NCBI GenBank assembly: GCA_963796965.1
Contig: CAWCNS010000007.1
Span: 352,001 to 416,000 of the forward strand
Direction: 5' to 3'
Origin: Calditrichia bacterium
GTDB lineage: Bacteria; Calditrichota; Calditrichia; JAJRVZ01
DNA: 64,000 nucleotides
Position 1 is the first letter of the stretch, and every line of letters begins with the position of its first letter. Both the position numbers and the translations under genes were made by a program. This document shows positions 44,787 to 56,836 of the stretch, piece after piece. The notes beneath the pieces were generated by a model. It was not told where the DNA came from. It searched no databases and saw only the letters and a list, made by a program, of their open reading frames with translations.

Positions 44787-44941
44787 ATAATCTCCCCAAT
44801 GTGCTACTGGATTCAAAAACTTTTATCCACGAATTGCTCCCGTTATAACGGGACAGGCCGAATTATCATGAATATAAAATATATGTTTTTTAGAAATTAG
44901 CATTTTAATTAGTGCAATTCGTGGACTTTTTTTCTTAAAAG

Positions 44942-46385
44942 TTACTCTCCTTCAGTTGTATCATAGAAACGTACCACTTGCTGTTTTACGGTCCCATCTG
45001 CTGAAACATCACAGATCACATAATGATGTACATTACCCATAGGCCCAAAGCGGTTATGCAATCCGGCACCGCCACCGCCACTTAGCGTATAGTGTACCCC
45101 GCCCAAGTTTGCGGTCGAATAAGCGTGAATATGTCCCAGATAGACCTCGGCTACCTTGTGTTTGGTCATAAGATCGGTAAAGACTTTTGAGTTTTCCTCA
45201 TCCATTGCATGATAGGCCCATTTTTGAACAGTTGCTGGTGGTTTGTGGGCAGCCACATACTTCTGATAGCCTTCTGGTGTTTCTGCAAGCGTTTTGTCAA
45301 GCCACGCAAAGGTCGATTCAGGGGAACTTGCCTCAGAGGCATTATCAATTAAAACATATCTGGCTTTGCCATAGTCGAAGAAATAGTTTAAGGAATTATC
45401 TACCAAACAAATAGCGATACGCGTGGGCCATTTCATCGTCACCGGTTTCGTGATTACCAATCGCGACAAAAAAGGGAATTTCTGTTTCAGCAGAGGTGGT
45501 ATATAGTATTCGATGAAATTCTTTGGCATAACCCCTTGGTACAATATCGCCGGAATTGATTACAAAAGCCGGTTTCGGAACAAGGCCATCGATATGTTTG
45601 ACCATATTCGACCAGAGGTCCCAGTTGTGAGCGGGTATCCCCCACCACGATATAACGATAACTACCGTCTGCATTCTTTGGGGTTTTACCTAGTTTCTTT
45701 ATTTGATTTTCAAAATTGAAGTACTCCCGGTATGGGCCCAGGAGGCTGTCCATCTCGGCCCTGAATGCTTTTTCATCCATTTCGACGGGTGGGGAGATCT
45801 CATCTAATCCGCCGTCAATATCGTCGCCGGCTTGTATTTGCCCATCGGGCCGTGCGTAAAACACCATATTGCCTATTTGAATCACATATCGTTGTCCGGC
45901 TATCGTCTCAGCCGACCAGGCCTCACTCGGTTGGAGATCAGGATAGGCTTTTTTAAGTGTCTCTAATGAACTGGCAGGAACTTCGTTAAGGGTAATACGC
46001 TTCTTTGTACCTTGCAGTATCAGCTCACCAGCCTCCTCGTCAATATCAGTTTGATCATTTTCGTACTGCAGTTCAATCAACTCGCCTTGTGGTGAAACAT
46101 CAAACTGGTACTCCTCATATCCCCGTTGGCAGATGATTTCGTACTCATCATCGTCCAGTTCCCATTCTGTTACTTCTATATGAGGAACAAATATTTTGGC
46201 ATATCTAAGTACTTCATCTGATGGTGGTTTATCCACTTTCTGGGGCGGTTGGTAGAATTCATTTCCCGGAGGTCCGACTTCCACGCGCCATTTACCAATT
46301 TCCCCGGCAATCTGCTCCGTCTTACATCCGAGCACCACATACCAGAAGAAATCACAAGTAATACGATAAGTTTATGTTTAAGCAT
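44942..46385 (-). CDS. Metallophosphoesterase with acidic N-terminal PepSY-like region; frameshifted twice
   Basis: VVGDTRS, NSGDIV, AIGNHE, AHKPP, LGHIH motifs spread over 45487..46338, 45396..45674 and 44942..45544. Confidence 0.8.
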
Positions 46386-46734
46386 TTTTCATTCTCCCAT
46401 CTTCGATTCAAAATCGAGCTGAATTATATAATCTCCCTCATCTGGTATTATATCTAAAAACTTTTTTCCACGAATTACACTAATTAACACGAATTTCATA
46501 AAAATCTTATTTATATATATATATAATTATTCTAATTAGTGAAAATTCGTGTAATTCGTGGACTTTATTTCTTCGTGTCACTTCGCGACTCTTTCGTGAA
46601 CTTCGTGATATAAAAAAGATGGTAAAATAGTACAAAATCTCTGCGTAAATCAGTGTTATCCGCGTCATCCGCGTTCTATAATTATCTTTGCGTCGTTGCG
46701 AGAAAAATAGGTTTTCATCTATCAAAAATGATTT

Positions 46735-46770
46735 AAAAAAAGCGGCACGGTCGTGATATCCGTGCCGCTT
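46735..46770 (-). terminator. Intrinsic terminator after the TonB-dependent receptor
   Basis: aagcggcacgg / ccgtgccgctt 11-bp stem followed by a U-run on the minus strand. Confidence 0.85.
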
Positions 46771-46805
46771 ATTTTAATTTAAATCAATCCTTTTAACAGA
46801 TAGTA

Positions 46806-49538
46806 TTACAGAACAAACTCAAATCCTGCCCAAACGGTCATCTGTCTATGAGACTTGTTATAAAGATACCAGTCTCTCATACCATAGGTTGCTTTGTCTG
46901 CCGCAGATCTGAGATTTTTACGTTTTTCGATCCTGTCCTCGCCTAATATATTCTTTGCATTGACAAAAAGCCTGACACCTTTGACGATATGCTGACGAAG
47001 GGTCAAGTCAAGTATATTTCGCGGATCATACCACTCTTCGTAATATTCACCGTCATTTTTTTCTTGGAATATATCTCTGAGATGTATTGATAGGATAAAC
47101 GACCGGAAAATCCGATATCTGAATTTTCATAACTCAGAGCAAAATTGACCACATCATCTGCCTGTGTGGGCAGTGTCGTTTTTTCACCTTCATAAGGCTG
47201 TAAATAGGTATCCAGTTGATGGGTCCAGTTCGCTAAAAGACCCCATTCGGGCAAACCGATAAAATCGAATTGTCTCTGAAAGGCCAATTCCAGACCGACG
47301 ACTTGTCCTGTTCCCACATTTTGAACTTGTTCGACCTCTTCCACTACGTAACCATTATACATACCGTCTTCGGGATGGAAAGTTACCTCCTGCATAACGT
47401 TCTTTATGTCCTTATAGAATAATCCCGCCGACATAAATCCGGCCATTTGTGGAGAGTACCATTCAACGATGAAATCCACATTTGTTGCTTCTGCCGGCAG
47501 CAGATCCGGATTGCCTGTAGCAAGTTCCAAATCCTCATCATTGTAATCATTATATCCGGCTAATAAACGGAAAGATGGCCGGGAAATGCCCTGTGATCCG
47601 GAGAGACGGACATTAATATTTGCCGGTAATCTATATTGAAGATGTAATGAGGGAAATATATTGTTATAATCGCCTGATTCCCTGTTTCCCTGGATGGTCG
47701 ATTCATCAGGATTATTTTTATTATAGGTATCCACTAATCGAGGTTCCGATTCCCAGGATGTTCCTTCATACCTAACACCAGGCAAAACCATGAAACTTTT
47801 TCCAAACCAGAACTCGCCCATGATGTAAGCGGATGCAATAGCCTCATTGGAGGTATAATTCTCATCCATACTTGTACTATTATCTGAGATAAAAAGCATG
47901 TCTAAGGGCGGATCCCACTCAATTAAAAATGGGTCATCGATGGTGGTCGACCAGTTTTTAAAGTCATCAGGATCAGCCAGATCATCCGCATCAATTAATT
48001 CTAACTGTGAATCGAGCTTTTGCTGAAAGCGGTCTTTGTATTTGTATTTCAAACCGGCTTTGGCATAACCTGATGTGCCGCCAAATTTAAACGGTTTTTG
48101 CAGATTTATAGCACCAATGTATTCGTCTTCGTCAAATTTTTCCGCTTCAATATTATTATTATCAAAATAGTAATTCTTGTCCCCTCCCCGGTACGCATCA
48201 TAATCGGTTAAAAAATTCGACTGAACATCGTGCAATTCCTGGCCGGTTCCACTGTTGTAAATTAGGGTATAATCCAGATTCCAGTCGCTGAATAAATTCT
48301 GTCCGCCGACGGCCACTTGCAAAACATGTTTGGGTTCTAACTTGACATCATTGAGCTTTTCGATCTCTTCATCTTCATAATAATCACGTAATTCAAGGTC
48401 AAAATCTTTGAGATCATAAAAAGAATAATAGATCTTTGCTGTATATTTGTTTCCCAGAGACGGTTTCCACAGGAGGGCTGTATTAACACCGCCAATAAAT
48501 TCTTCTGTCTCGGTCGGTGCTTGCCTATAATATCGTTCACCTACATCGGTAGGGGTACCATCCAATTTTTCATAAGGACCGTCTTCCAATTGGTCGTCAT
48601 CAAAATCCCAGTCCCATCTCTCGGTATATTCAGATTTGGTTCTTTTTTCCCAGGTACCGGTGACGGAATAACCAAATTTTCCATCCATAAAAAGATCACC
48701 AATGGTAAGAGCACCTTTGCTCTGGCCAAAACTACCAATCTGATCTATAGGGAAATCAGAAGTTTGATTTTTTGAATATCCCGTATAGATTTTAAAATTG
48801 AAAAGTGTTTTATTCGGGGCATCTTTCATGATGAAATTGATATTACCGGCAATGGCGTCGGCATCCAGATCTGCGGTCTGACCTTTGGATACTTCAATTG
48901 CCTGAATCATATCAATAGGGAAGGTTTGAATATTTGAGGCACGATCCTCATCAGAATTTATAGCAGGTATTCTTTGGTTATTAACGGTCACTAATGTATA
49001 TTCAGCAGGGAGACCGCGCATAATCGCCTCACTTCCATCCATAAATACACCGGGTATTCGTGAGATGGCCGTTGCTGCATCTTCATCGGGAAAAGAACCA
49101 ATTAAATCCGAAGAAACAACACTTTTAATATTAGAAGCATTCAGCTGGGCATTGAGTGCCGCTTTCTGGGACTGAATAATCCGGTCCGAGGTAACCTTAA
49201 TGGACTCATCTGATTCGAGAATCGAGGTTTTTAATACAAAAGCGACTTGGGCAACTTCGCCGGATTTTACTTCTACTGGTCTTAGTTTGCTTTATAAAAC
49301 CAATATAATAGGCTTCAACTTCATACGTACCTGCCGGTACATTACCGATTAAAAAGAAACCCTGTGCATCGGTAGAAGCACCAAGATTGGCGTCGACAAC
49401 GACAATATTGGCACCAATAAGTGGTAGTTCAGTGCCTTCAACAACAACAGTTCCCGCCATGCGAGTATTCTGTGCATAAAGACATAAAGGTAGTGTAAAC
49501 AGGATTAAAAGTAATGAGAATATGGTTAACTGCTTCAT
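46806..49538 (-). CDS. TonB-dependent receptor with N-terminal carboxypeptidase-regulatory-like domain; frameshifted
   Basis: PLIGANI.V..GASTD..G.F.I..VP.G.Y; plug IEVSK..TAD.DADAIAG.IN; RP.F..L, GNPDL.P; C-terminal GFEFVL. Confidence 0.9.
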
Positions 49539-50204
49539 TTCAATCTCCTTGGTTGATTGATGTTTTAAGGCTAATTTTTCCCCTATTGTACTCATTGAAA
49601 CTTTTTGATACCTGGAGCAACCTCCTTTCTTTTAAATTATTATCTATCCCCATTATTGTGATATTTACATCCTTCTTCCCTCCCTGATTTGATTTCTGGT
49701 TGAAATTCTTTTTCTTCCTTTTGTTTAGGATATTAAGAAATGTCTAAATTATCGGTAATTGATCTGAATAGTAATAGATAATTTGGGGACACCACCTCCT
49801 TTTCTGCATTAATTATTAGAATTCAGTAAAATAGTATTTTTCGTCATCCTGAATTTATTTCAGGATCTAAAATTTCAACGAAAAACGCCTGTCTGATCTA
49901 TTTTAATTCCTTAACTGTCATTTCGAATACTGAATAAAGTTCTGGCATTACCGTCTAACTCAAAAAATTGATTTTAAATAATGTTGACATTTATTACAAG
50001 ATCTAACTGTTATATTTAATATAACGACTAAAATAACAAAAATGCATAAAATATTGTATATTATTTCTACGTTTTCTATGAGATCACGAGCGGTGCTCGA
50101 TACTTCAAAATATCTTTGAGTTAAGTCTTCCAATAACTTTGTATTAGGTCGCCCAGGATTCCAGGATAATTAATACAAATTTTAATTCAATAATTTGGTG
50201 TGCA

Positions 50205-51366
50205 TTAATGAATAACTCCACCCCTTGCATCATCACGATATATTTCAATTTTAACTTTATCAGCACCAGTTTGTATTTTCAAAAAAGTACTCCTGGCAAG
50301 ATTGGCCTTTTCCCAGAAAGTCGTTTTGTACTGCTCTCGCAATTGATCATCCTCTAAAAACTTTCGATAAAACACCTTTATCTTTTTAAACGCAGTCTCG
50401 TCATCAATCTTTTTATAAGAAACGCCATCCGTTAAACCCGAATAGTAGAGAACCTTCTTTGCTTCGTAGGAATTTTCTTTATAAAATCGGGCAAATGCTT
50501 CCCTTTCGCTTATGCTAGTTCCTTGTGCTTCAGCTATTGCTTGTGAAAATCCGTTTACCAAAAGGGCCGGGAAATAGGCCTCAATGCCTCTTGCATGTCC
50601 TACATCTATTTGCCAAACATCATTGATTTTTGCGATCGAGGTATTATGCGTGTGACCGCAAATATAGGCTGTTACGTCCAATCTACGAAGTAGTTGATGG
50701 AAATGATAGCTATTTTTTTGGTATTTGTTTAATGAGTCATCCTGATGTCTTAACCGCCCATTATCCATATCGGGTATCGCTATTATCGGTTCATGGCCAA
50801 AAACAAAGGTATATTTTTTATCATTAGCCGTTAAATCATTTTCCAACCAGGCTAATAGCTCCGGTACCACCATGCCGTCACTGCCATCATCAGAAGTGCC
50901 ATCGTAATACTGATTCAGCACGACAAAATGATTATTTCCCCAGTCAAATGAATAGGTTGTTTCAATGCAACCAGGAGGGCCTGAATTAACGATATTTGGG
51001 AGAGATTTTCCACCGGAATTATACTTACGCAGGTATTCCATAAAAGTTGGTGATTCTAATTCGTGATTGCCCACAACGGGATACCAGGGATAATCTTCGC
51101 CCAAAACCTGTGTAATGACTTCCCGTACAGCAGATGGTGGATCAATGTCGCCGGGACTGATCATAAAAGAGCCTTTCCCATATTTTTTAATGGCCTCGCA
51201 GGCTCCCTGGAAATAACTGGAATTCCGATATTCTTCTTTTGCTGTATAGCGCATGTCGGCTGCCACTACAAAAGTGAAAGTATCATCACTTTTCTCGCAG
51301 GCAGAGATAAAGAATAAGACAAAAGATAAAAGAAAAAAGTATAAATAGTGTTATTTTGTTCTTCAT
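50205..51366 (-). CDS. Metallophosphoesterase lipoprotein; indel near the start
   Basis: AADMR, PGDID, VGNHE, FGHEP, CGHTH; lipobox ISA-C upstream in frame. Confidence 0.85.
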
Positions 51367-51438
51367 TGTTGCCTTACCTCGTTTTTATTAGCCTGGTTAA
51401 TTCATAAATAACAGATTGATCAAATAACGACAGTTAAG

Positions 51439-51590
51439 TCTCCCCTTAAAAAAGGGGACTAATCCCGTTCTACGGGACTACCCCCCTTCAAAGGGGGAAT
51501 TAGATTTTGCTTACTCGAATAGATAATCTCATATTTTTGTTTCAATTATCTAAACTGCAACAGCCCCGGAAAAGGGGGAATAGATTTTGC
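51439..51590. repeat. CCCC/GGGG-hairpin element copy
   Basis: Near-identical to 11677-11803. Confidence 0.85.
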
Positions 51591-51625
51591 ATAAACGAAA
51601 ACAAAAATATCAATCATTTACACTC

Positions 51626-52511
51626 CTATTTCTTATATTTTTTTTGAATAAAATCTTCCACTTCGTCTATTTTTCTATGTATAGGGCCTTCTGCTTCCAT
51701 TTTTAAACTGGTTACTGCTGCCGACCATAAGATTGCTTCTTCGGGGGGTGCAGAAAGGCGTTTGGCCATATAGGAGGCAATACAGGTGTCTCCCCGGCCA
51801 CTACGACCAACCATCTCTTCCGGTAAGAAAGGGGCTTCATAATATTGCTCATTGGCATATACCAGCATACCATCCCGATGGGTGATAACAATTTCATCAG
51901 GACCAAAACCAGCTAAAATTTTGTGCTGCTTTTTTTATATCCTTTTCGCCGGTTAATGATTCTGCTTCCACAGCATCTGCCTTTAATACATCAATATGAG
52001 ACAAAAACTTTTCTTTTTCGGGCCAGGGCGCATGGATAAGTATGTCATTCGGATCGATTATGCGGATAAAGGTCTGTGCATCGGCTACAAGGTAAGCATC
52101 TTTTTTCCTGAGAAATTCAACAACTTTAAAAGGAACTTCATCACGAATAGATCCGTTGATTAGAAAGGCTTTTGCTTCTAAATCTTCAAACTGATCTGTT
52201 GTATAGGTTCCTGCAGTGACAGGGCAAGTAAGGATGCGGTCATCGACATTATCTGTTGGATAATCCAATTTCATATGTGTTGATGAAGGTGTTATGAATG
52301 GATATACATCAACACCGACGTCACGTAATCGGTTCACGACTCTAAAATCTTCCTGGGCTAGTCTGGTTACTGCTGCCACTTTAAGCCCTGTCAATGCCGC
52401 CGCATGCGCACCATAGTTAAAACCGCCCCCATCAACATATCTTGTTCCCGCTGCTGATACGATGGTATCCTTCGTATAATTACCAAAGATAACAATATCA
52501 TATTTTTTCAT
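51626..52511 (-). CDS. iolK: PfkB-family kinase resembling Thermotoga myo-inositol kinase IolK; frameshifted
   Basis: G...KD......GGG..YGA, ADAQ.F.R, W..KEK.L...D..K.D..EAE.LTG, GRSGRGDTC, AAVTS.KM...GP. Confidence 0.7.
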
Positions 52512-52715
52512 TCCCAGCTCCATAAATTCAATTATTGATTTATTCTTATCCCAATCTAGTGCTCGTAAGATACAAGAAAAAAAGTCCACGAATTGCATAT
52601 AATTTATAACGAATTTCAGAATTAATAAATTATAAATAATCATTTCTCTTTGTCTTTGCGCCTCTGCGAGAAATTTCTTTCAATCTTTGCGTCTTTCAGA
52701 GATGCATTATTAAGG

Positions 52716-54053
52716 CTAATCACTAATCTTTGCCTTCCATAACAGACTGGCTAGTATCAGAGACATGACTGAACCACCAACCCAGAAAAGAATGGCATTG
52801 GAAAAATCATAATGTCGCACACCATCTATGATAGTCATCCCATTTTGAATTAAATATCCACTTATCTGATCCTGGATTCCGGCGGCCATATAACTAAAGA
52901 TACCAATGAATCCCATCGCCGCACCGGCAGCTTTTTTAGGGGAGATATCTATGGCGAATAAGCCACCTAAAGCAGCCAGTAATCCACTAAGTGTAAAACC
53001 ATAAAGAATAAACGCAGATGTCAATAACACGGGTTGTCCGGGAGCCGCGAAAAAAATTATCAATAGGGCAATTATTTCAAGAATCCCGAAAATAAAAGTA
53101 ACCGGTGGCCGTTTAGCCTTAAATAATTTATCAGAAATATATCCATAAGCGACACAACCCGCTAATCCAGCTAAAGTATTTACACCGATGATACTCCCTG
53201 CCTCAATTAATGAATAACCTTTGGCCTCCTGAAGATAAAGAATACCCCAGCTGTTGATCGCATAACGCGTCACATACATCGTTGCACTGGCCAGGCCTAA
53301 TATCCATATGGTCGGTCTTTTCAGAATCGAAACCTGCGCCTGCCATGTTTGCTGTTCTTTTTGTACTTCGGCATGGTCATTTTTCCAATCAGCGATGGTA
53401 GGTAGCCCCATTGTTTGCGGGCGATCCTGCATCCACATGTAGATGCCTATAGCCACAAAAATACAGAGCAAGCCTGGCCCCCAAAATCCGGCCTGCCAAC
53501 CAAAAAAGCTAACCAGCGCCCCGGATCCGACAAAGGTTAAACCCTCGCCTATCGCATGACCGGTACTCCAGATACCATAAAACCGTCCCCTTTCCTTATT
53601 ACTAAACCATTGTGAAAGCACAACAGCACCTGAAGGGGCACCATAGCCCTGGAACCAACCATTAAGTCCCCATAAGACTACCCAGACCCACAATAGTTCG
53701 GTTCGCCCCATCATCAGATTCACCAGGGCTGACATAAAAACACCTGCAGCGAAGAATCTTTTAATATTGGCATGATCAGCAAGAAAACCATTGGTAAATT
53801 TGCCTAAGGCATAGGCATAAAAAAGCGCAGAACCAATCATACCTAATTCTTCGGCATTCATGATTCCTCCATCGATCAGGGGTTTTTTGACAACAGATAA
53901 TGCCAGGCGACACGTATAAGCAATCCCATATCCAACGGTCACAGCCATCATAATTCTGAATCGATGCTTCTTGTATAATGTATCTACTTTATTAACATCA
54001 TCGATAACTGGTATATTTTCACCACTTGCAAAAAACCGCAATATTTTATTCAT
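52716..54053 (-). CDS. MFS organophosphate:Pi antiporter (GlpT/UhpT/UhpC family)
   Basis: Y..R......K, Y..GKF..G..AD, WGLNGWFQG.G, WFS.KERG, D.PQ..GLP, Y..RY....W. Confidence 0.9.
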   Translation of the reverse strand: MNKILRFFASGENIPVIDDVNKVDTLYKKHRFRIMMAVTVGYGIAYTCRLALSVVKKPLIDGGIMNAEELGMIGSALFYAYALGKFTNGFLADHANIKRFFAAGVFMSALVNLMMGRTELLWVWVVLWGLNGWFQGYGAPSGAVVLSQWFSNKERGRFYGIWSTGHAIGEGLTFVGSGALVSFFGWQAGFWGPGLLCIFVAIGIYMWMQDRPQTMGLPTIADWKNDHAEVQKEQQTWQAQVSILKRPTIWILGLASATMYVTRYAINSWGILYLQEAKGYSLIEAGSIIGVNTLAGLAGCVAYGYISDKLFKAKRPPVTFIFGILEIIALLIIFFAAPGQPVLLTSAFILYGFTLSGLLAALGGLFAIDISPKKAAGAAMGFIGIFSYMAAGIQDQISGYLIQNGMTIIDGVRHYDFSNAILFWVGGSVMSLILASLLWKAKISD

Positions 54054-54201
54054 GAGGCTTCCTCATTTGGAAATCGGTAATGCAAAATTTAAGAACACCT
54101 ATTCAATCTACTTATTGTTTTAAGGGGGAATTTCATTGTTGCTTTTAGTTAATACTCTATAAATATTTTATACTTTTTTTCTCTATTTTTCTTTTTTTAT
54201 T

Positions 54202-55247
54202 TTACGGCTGTATGACCAGTTTCATTGCTTTTTTAGGTATTGACTTCATCGTCTCCAGATCTAATCCCAACTTTGCAAAAGCACCTGTGCCTTCTTCTAA
54301 TGGCATTACCTCCGTAAAAAATGGTTTCATATTAATTTTTTCTGCCTGGAAGATCTTTATTGCTGGCAAACAGGTGTTTTGCCCAATATAAGAACCCAAT
54401 ATCTTTACTGCTTTGCGTGTTACAGTATTGGGAATAATATTTGCATGAATACTACTATCCATCCCAAAAGCCAGAATTTTCCCACCCGGTGCAACATAAT
54501 CGATAGCGTTTTCTAGTTGACTGCCAACAGCATCGATTACGATATCTGGTTTTATGCCTTTTGTTATTTCCAGATAAGCCTCTTTAATATCTGTTTCATT
54601 GGGATTTAAAACAGGAATCCCCAACTGTTTGGCGACATTAATGCGAAAAGGATCAATCTCAGTTGCTACCGCCTGAGAAGCCATATTCTTCGCAAGTCCA
54701 GAGAACAAATATCCAATTGGACCAAAGCCGAGAATAAGAACCGAATCCCAGGCTTGCATCTCAACGGTTTTCATACCATTTAAGACAGTTCCCAATGTCT
54801 CAACCTGTGTCCCGGTTATATCGTCAATCTCGTCAGGCAATTTATAACAGGCGTTTTCCGGAACAACGCAGTAATCCGCATATCCACCATCCTGAAAAAT
54901 TCCAACTGATTTATCTATCAACCAATCACACTGGCTACTATTTCCCATACGACAGGCCTCACATAGACCGCAACGCAAACTATTGTCAATAGCAACCCTG
55001 TTCTCCTACTTTTAGTGTGGTCACGGCACTACCAATATCCTCAACCGTACCATTGAATTCATGTCCAAGATACCGTATTTTTATTAAAAGCATGCTTACC
55101 CTGCATAATTTTCACATCGGTACCACATATACCGCAAGCAGCGACTTTAATAAGAATTTGATTGGGCTGCGTTACTTTGGGAATTGGAATCTGCTCAAAA
55201 TCAATCTTGCCAATATCTTTGAATACAAGGGCCTTCATTGTACTCAT
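54202..55247 (-). CDS. Zinc-dependent (polyol/sugar-acid) dehydrogenase; frameshifted
   Basis: CGICGTD, GHEF, CG.C..C..G....C, G.GPIG. Confidence 0.88.
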
Positions 55248-55293
55248 TTTAACCTCCTGAATTCTATTTATATGTACATAATATGAGTTATTC

Positions 55294-56241
55294 TTACATA
55301 TCCACATTCTCTCGCGTAATTAAATCGATTTCTATAGGGATATATCGAGGGATGCTTTCCCCATCAATAAGTCGTTTTGCATTTTCGATGGCCTTTTTCC
55401 CCATCTCATCTGAATGCTGAGCAATCGATGCATCCATTCTTCCAGTGCGTATGGCATCCCGGGCGTCCTTTAATGCATCAAACCCAACAACAATAATATC
55501 TCCACTCTTACCAGCTGCTGCAATGGCTTCAATTGCTCCAAGGGCCATTAAATCACTGCAGGCAAATAAGGCCTGAACTTCAGGATAGGACTGCATCATA
55601 TTTTGAAATACATTAAATCCCTGATCTCTCTCCCAATTGGCCGTTTGCGAAGAGAGAACCTCAATTCCAGGATGAGAATCAAGGATATTATGGAAACCAC
55701 TTAGTCTGGCATCCCCAGTCTCGTGCCCTGGAATTCCTTCGAGTATCGCAACATTTCCATTTCCACCCAGTCTGCCAAGAATATATTCACCAGCAATCTG
55801 ACCACCTTGATAATTATCTGAACCGATGAAGGTTTCTATTTTCCCTCTAGATTCATAAAGCAAAGTTGAATCTACGCGTGTATCAAGCACTATTACCGGG
55901 ATTTTTGCCTGATTGGCCTTAACTATCGCTGGAATTATTTCCTTTGAACCACTTGGCGTCACACAAATAACATCAACCTTTGTCTGAATCAGATTCTCAA
56001 TGATCTGCATCTGTTTTTCTACATCTACTTCTCTTTCCGCCGCCTGAACGACTAGATTTAATCCTGACATCTTCGCTTGCATTTCTGCACCATTTTGCAT
56101 TTCAATAAAGTAGGGATTGTTTAATGTTTTCAAAACAAGAGCCACAGTCTTTCCATCTATATTTTTATCTCCACCTCTTTGGCATGAAAAAAAAGTAAGA
56201 AGTAAAAAAACCAACGCAATAGCAATCTTTATCTCTTTCAT
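55294..56241 (-). CDS. Sugar ABC transporter substrate-binding lipoprotein (RbsB-like)
   Basis: Lipobox FFS-C, LNNPYF, GSDN..GG, R..GF, D.MALGA, VGFD. Confidence 0.92.
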   Translation of the reverse strand: MKEIKIAIALVFLLLTFFSCQRGGDKNIDGKTVALVLKTLNNPYFIEMQNGAEMQAKMSGLNLVVQAAEREVDVEKQMQIIENLIQTKVDVICVTPSGSKEIIPAIVKANQAKIPVIVLDTRVDSTLLYESRGKIETFIGSDNYQGGQIAGEYILGRLGGNGNVAILEGIPGHETGDARLSGFHNILDSHPGIEVLSSQTANWERDQGFNVFQNMMQSYPEVQALFACSDLMALGAIEAIAAAGKSGDIIVVGFDALKDARDAIRTGRMDASIAQHSDEMGKKAIENAKRLIDGESIPRYIPIEIDLITRENVDM

Positions 56242-56366
56242 TGTATCTCCCTCATTAATTAAAACGTACTATCAAATGTTTTCATATATTTGCATCTTAT
56301 TTGTTAAATGATCTAATAAAACACCCCTTGATAGATAGCAAAATCCATTCCCCCTTTGAAAGGGGG

Positions 56367-56737
56367 CTAGGGGGATGTTTTATTTTCTATCTCTATAATA
56401 CACCCCTTAATCGATTCTAACGCTCCGGTGACGTTTTTTAATACATAATATCCATCAAGCCTGAGTACGTTAAATCCTAACTCTTTTAGTCTATTTTCCC
56501 TTCGTTTGTCATAACTTTGTTTATCATTGTGAGTCACACCATCTATCTCAATAACCAATTGTACTTTCTTACAATAGAAATCAACTATATACTCATCTAT
56601 GGGCTTTTGTCTTAGAAACCGATATCCATTTAATTGACCTGCTCTTAAATGCTTCCATAATAATCGCTCTATGAAAGTAGAATTCTTTCTTAATTCCCTT
56701 GACCGATCTTTCAGATTTGATTATAATTGATTTTCAA
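56367..56737 (-). CDS. DUF559 (Vsr-like PD-(D/E)XK) endonuclease flanked by inverted palindromes; indel near the start
   Basis: RELRKNST..E..LW..LR..QL.GY.F.RQKPI..YIVDFYC....LVIEIDG..H....YD..R...L...G..VLR. Confidence 0.88.
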
Positions 56738-56836
56738 TTAGGAACATCCCCCTAACCCCCTTTCCAAGGGGGAATTAAGACGAGGTTATTCTATAAATAC
56801 TTGTTTAAATTTAGTTTTCATTTTTTTATTCTGTTT

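Noticed and set aside
49730..49760. Third Pho-box-like site upstream of the TonB receptor
   Set aside because: Only a degenerate TAA at 11-bp spacing, with no -10 hexamer at the expected distance
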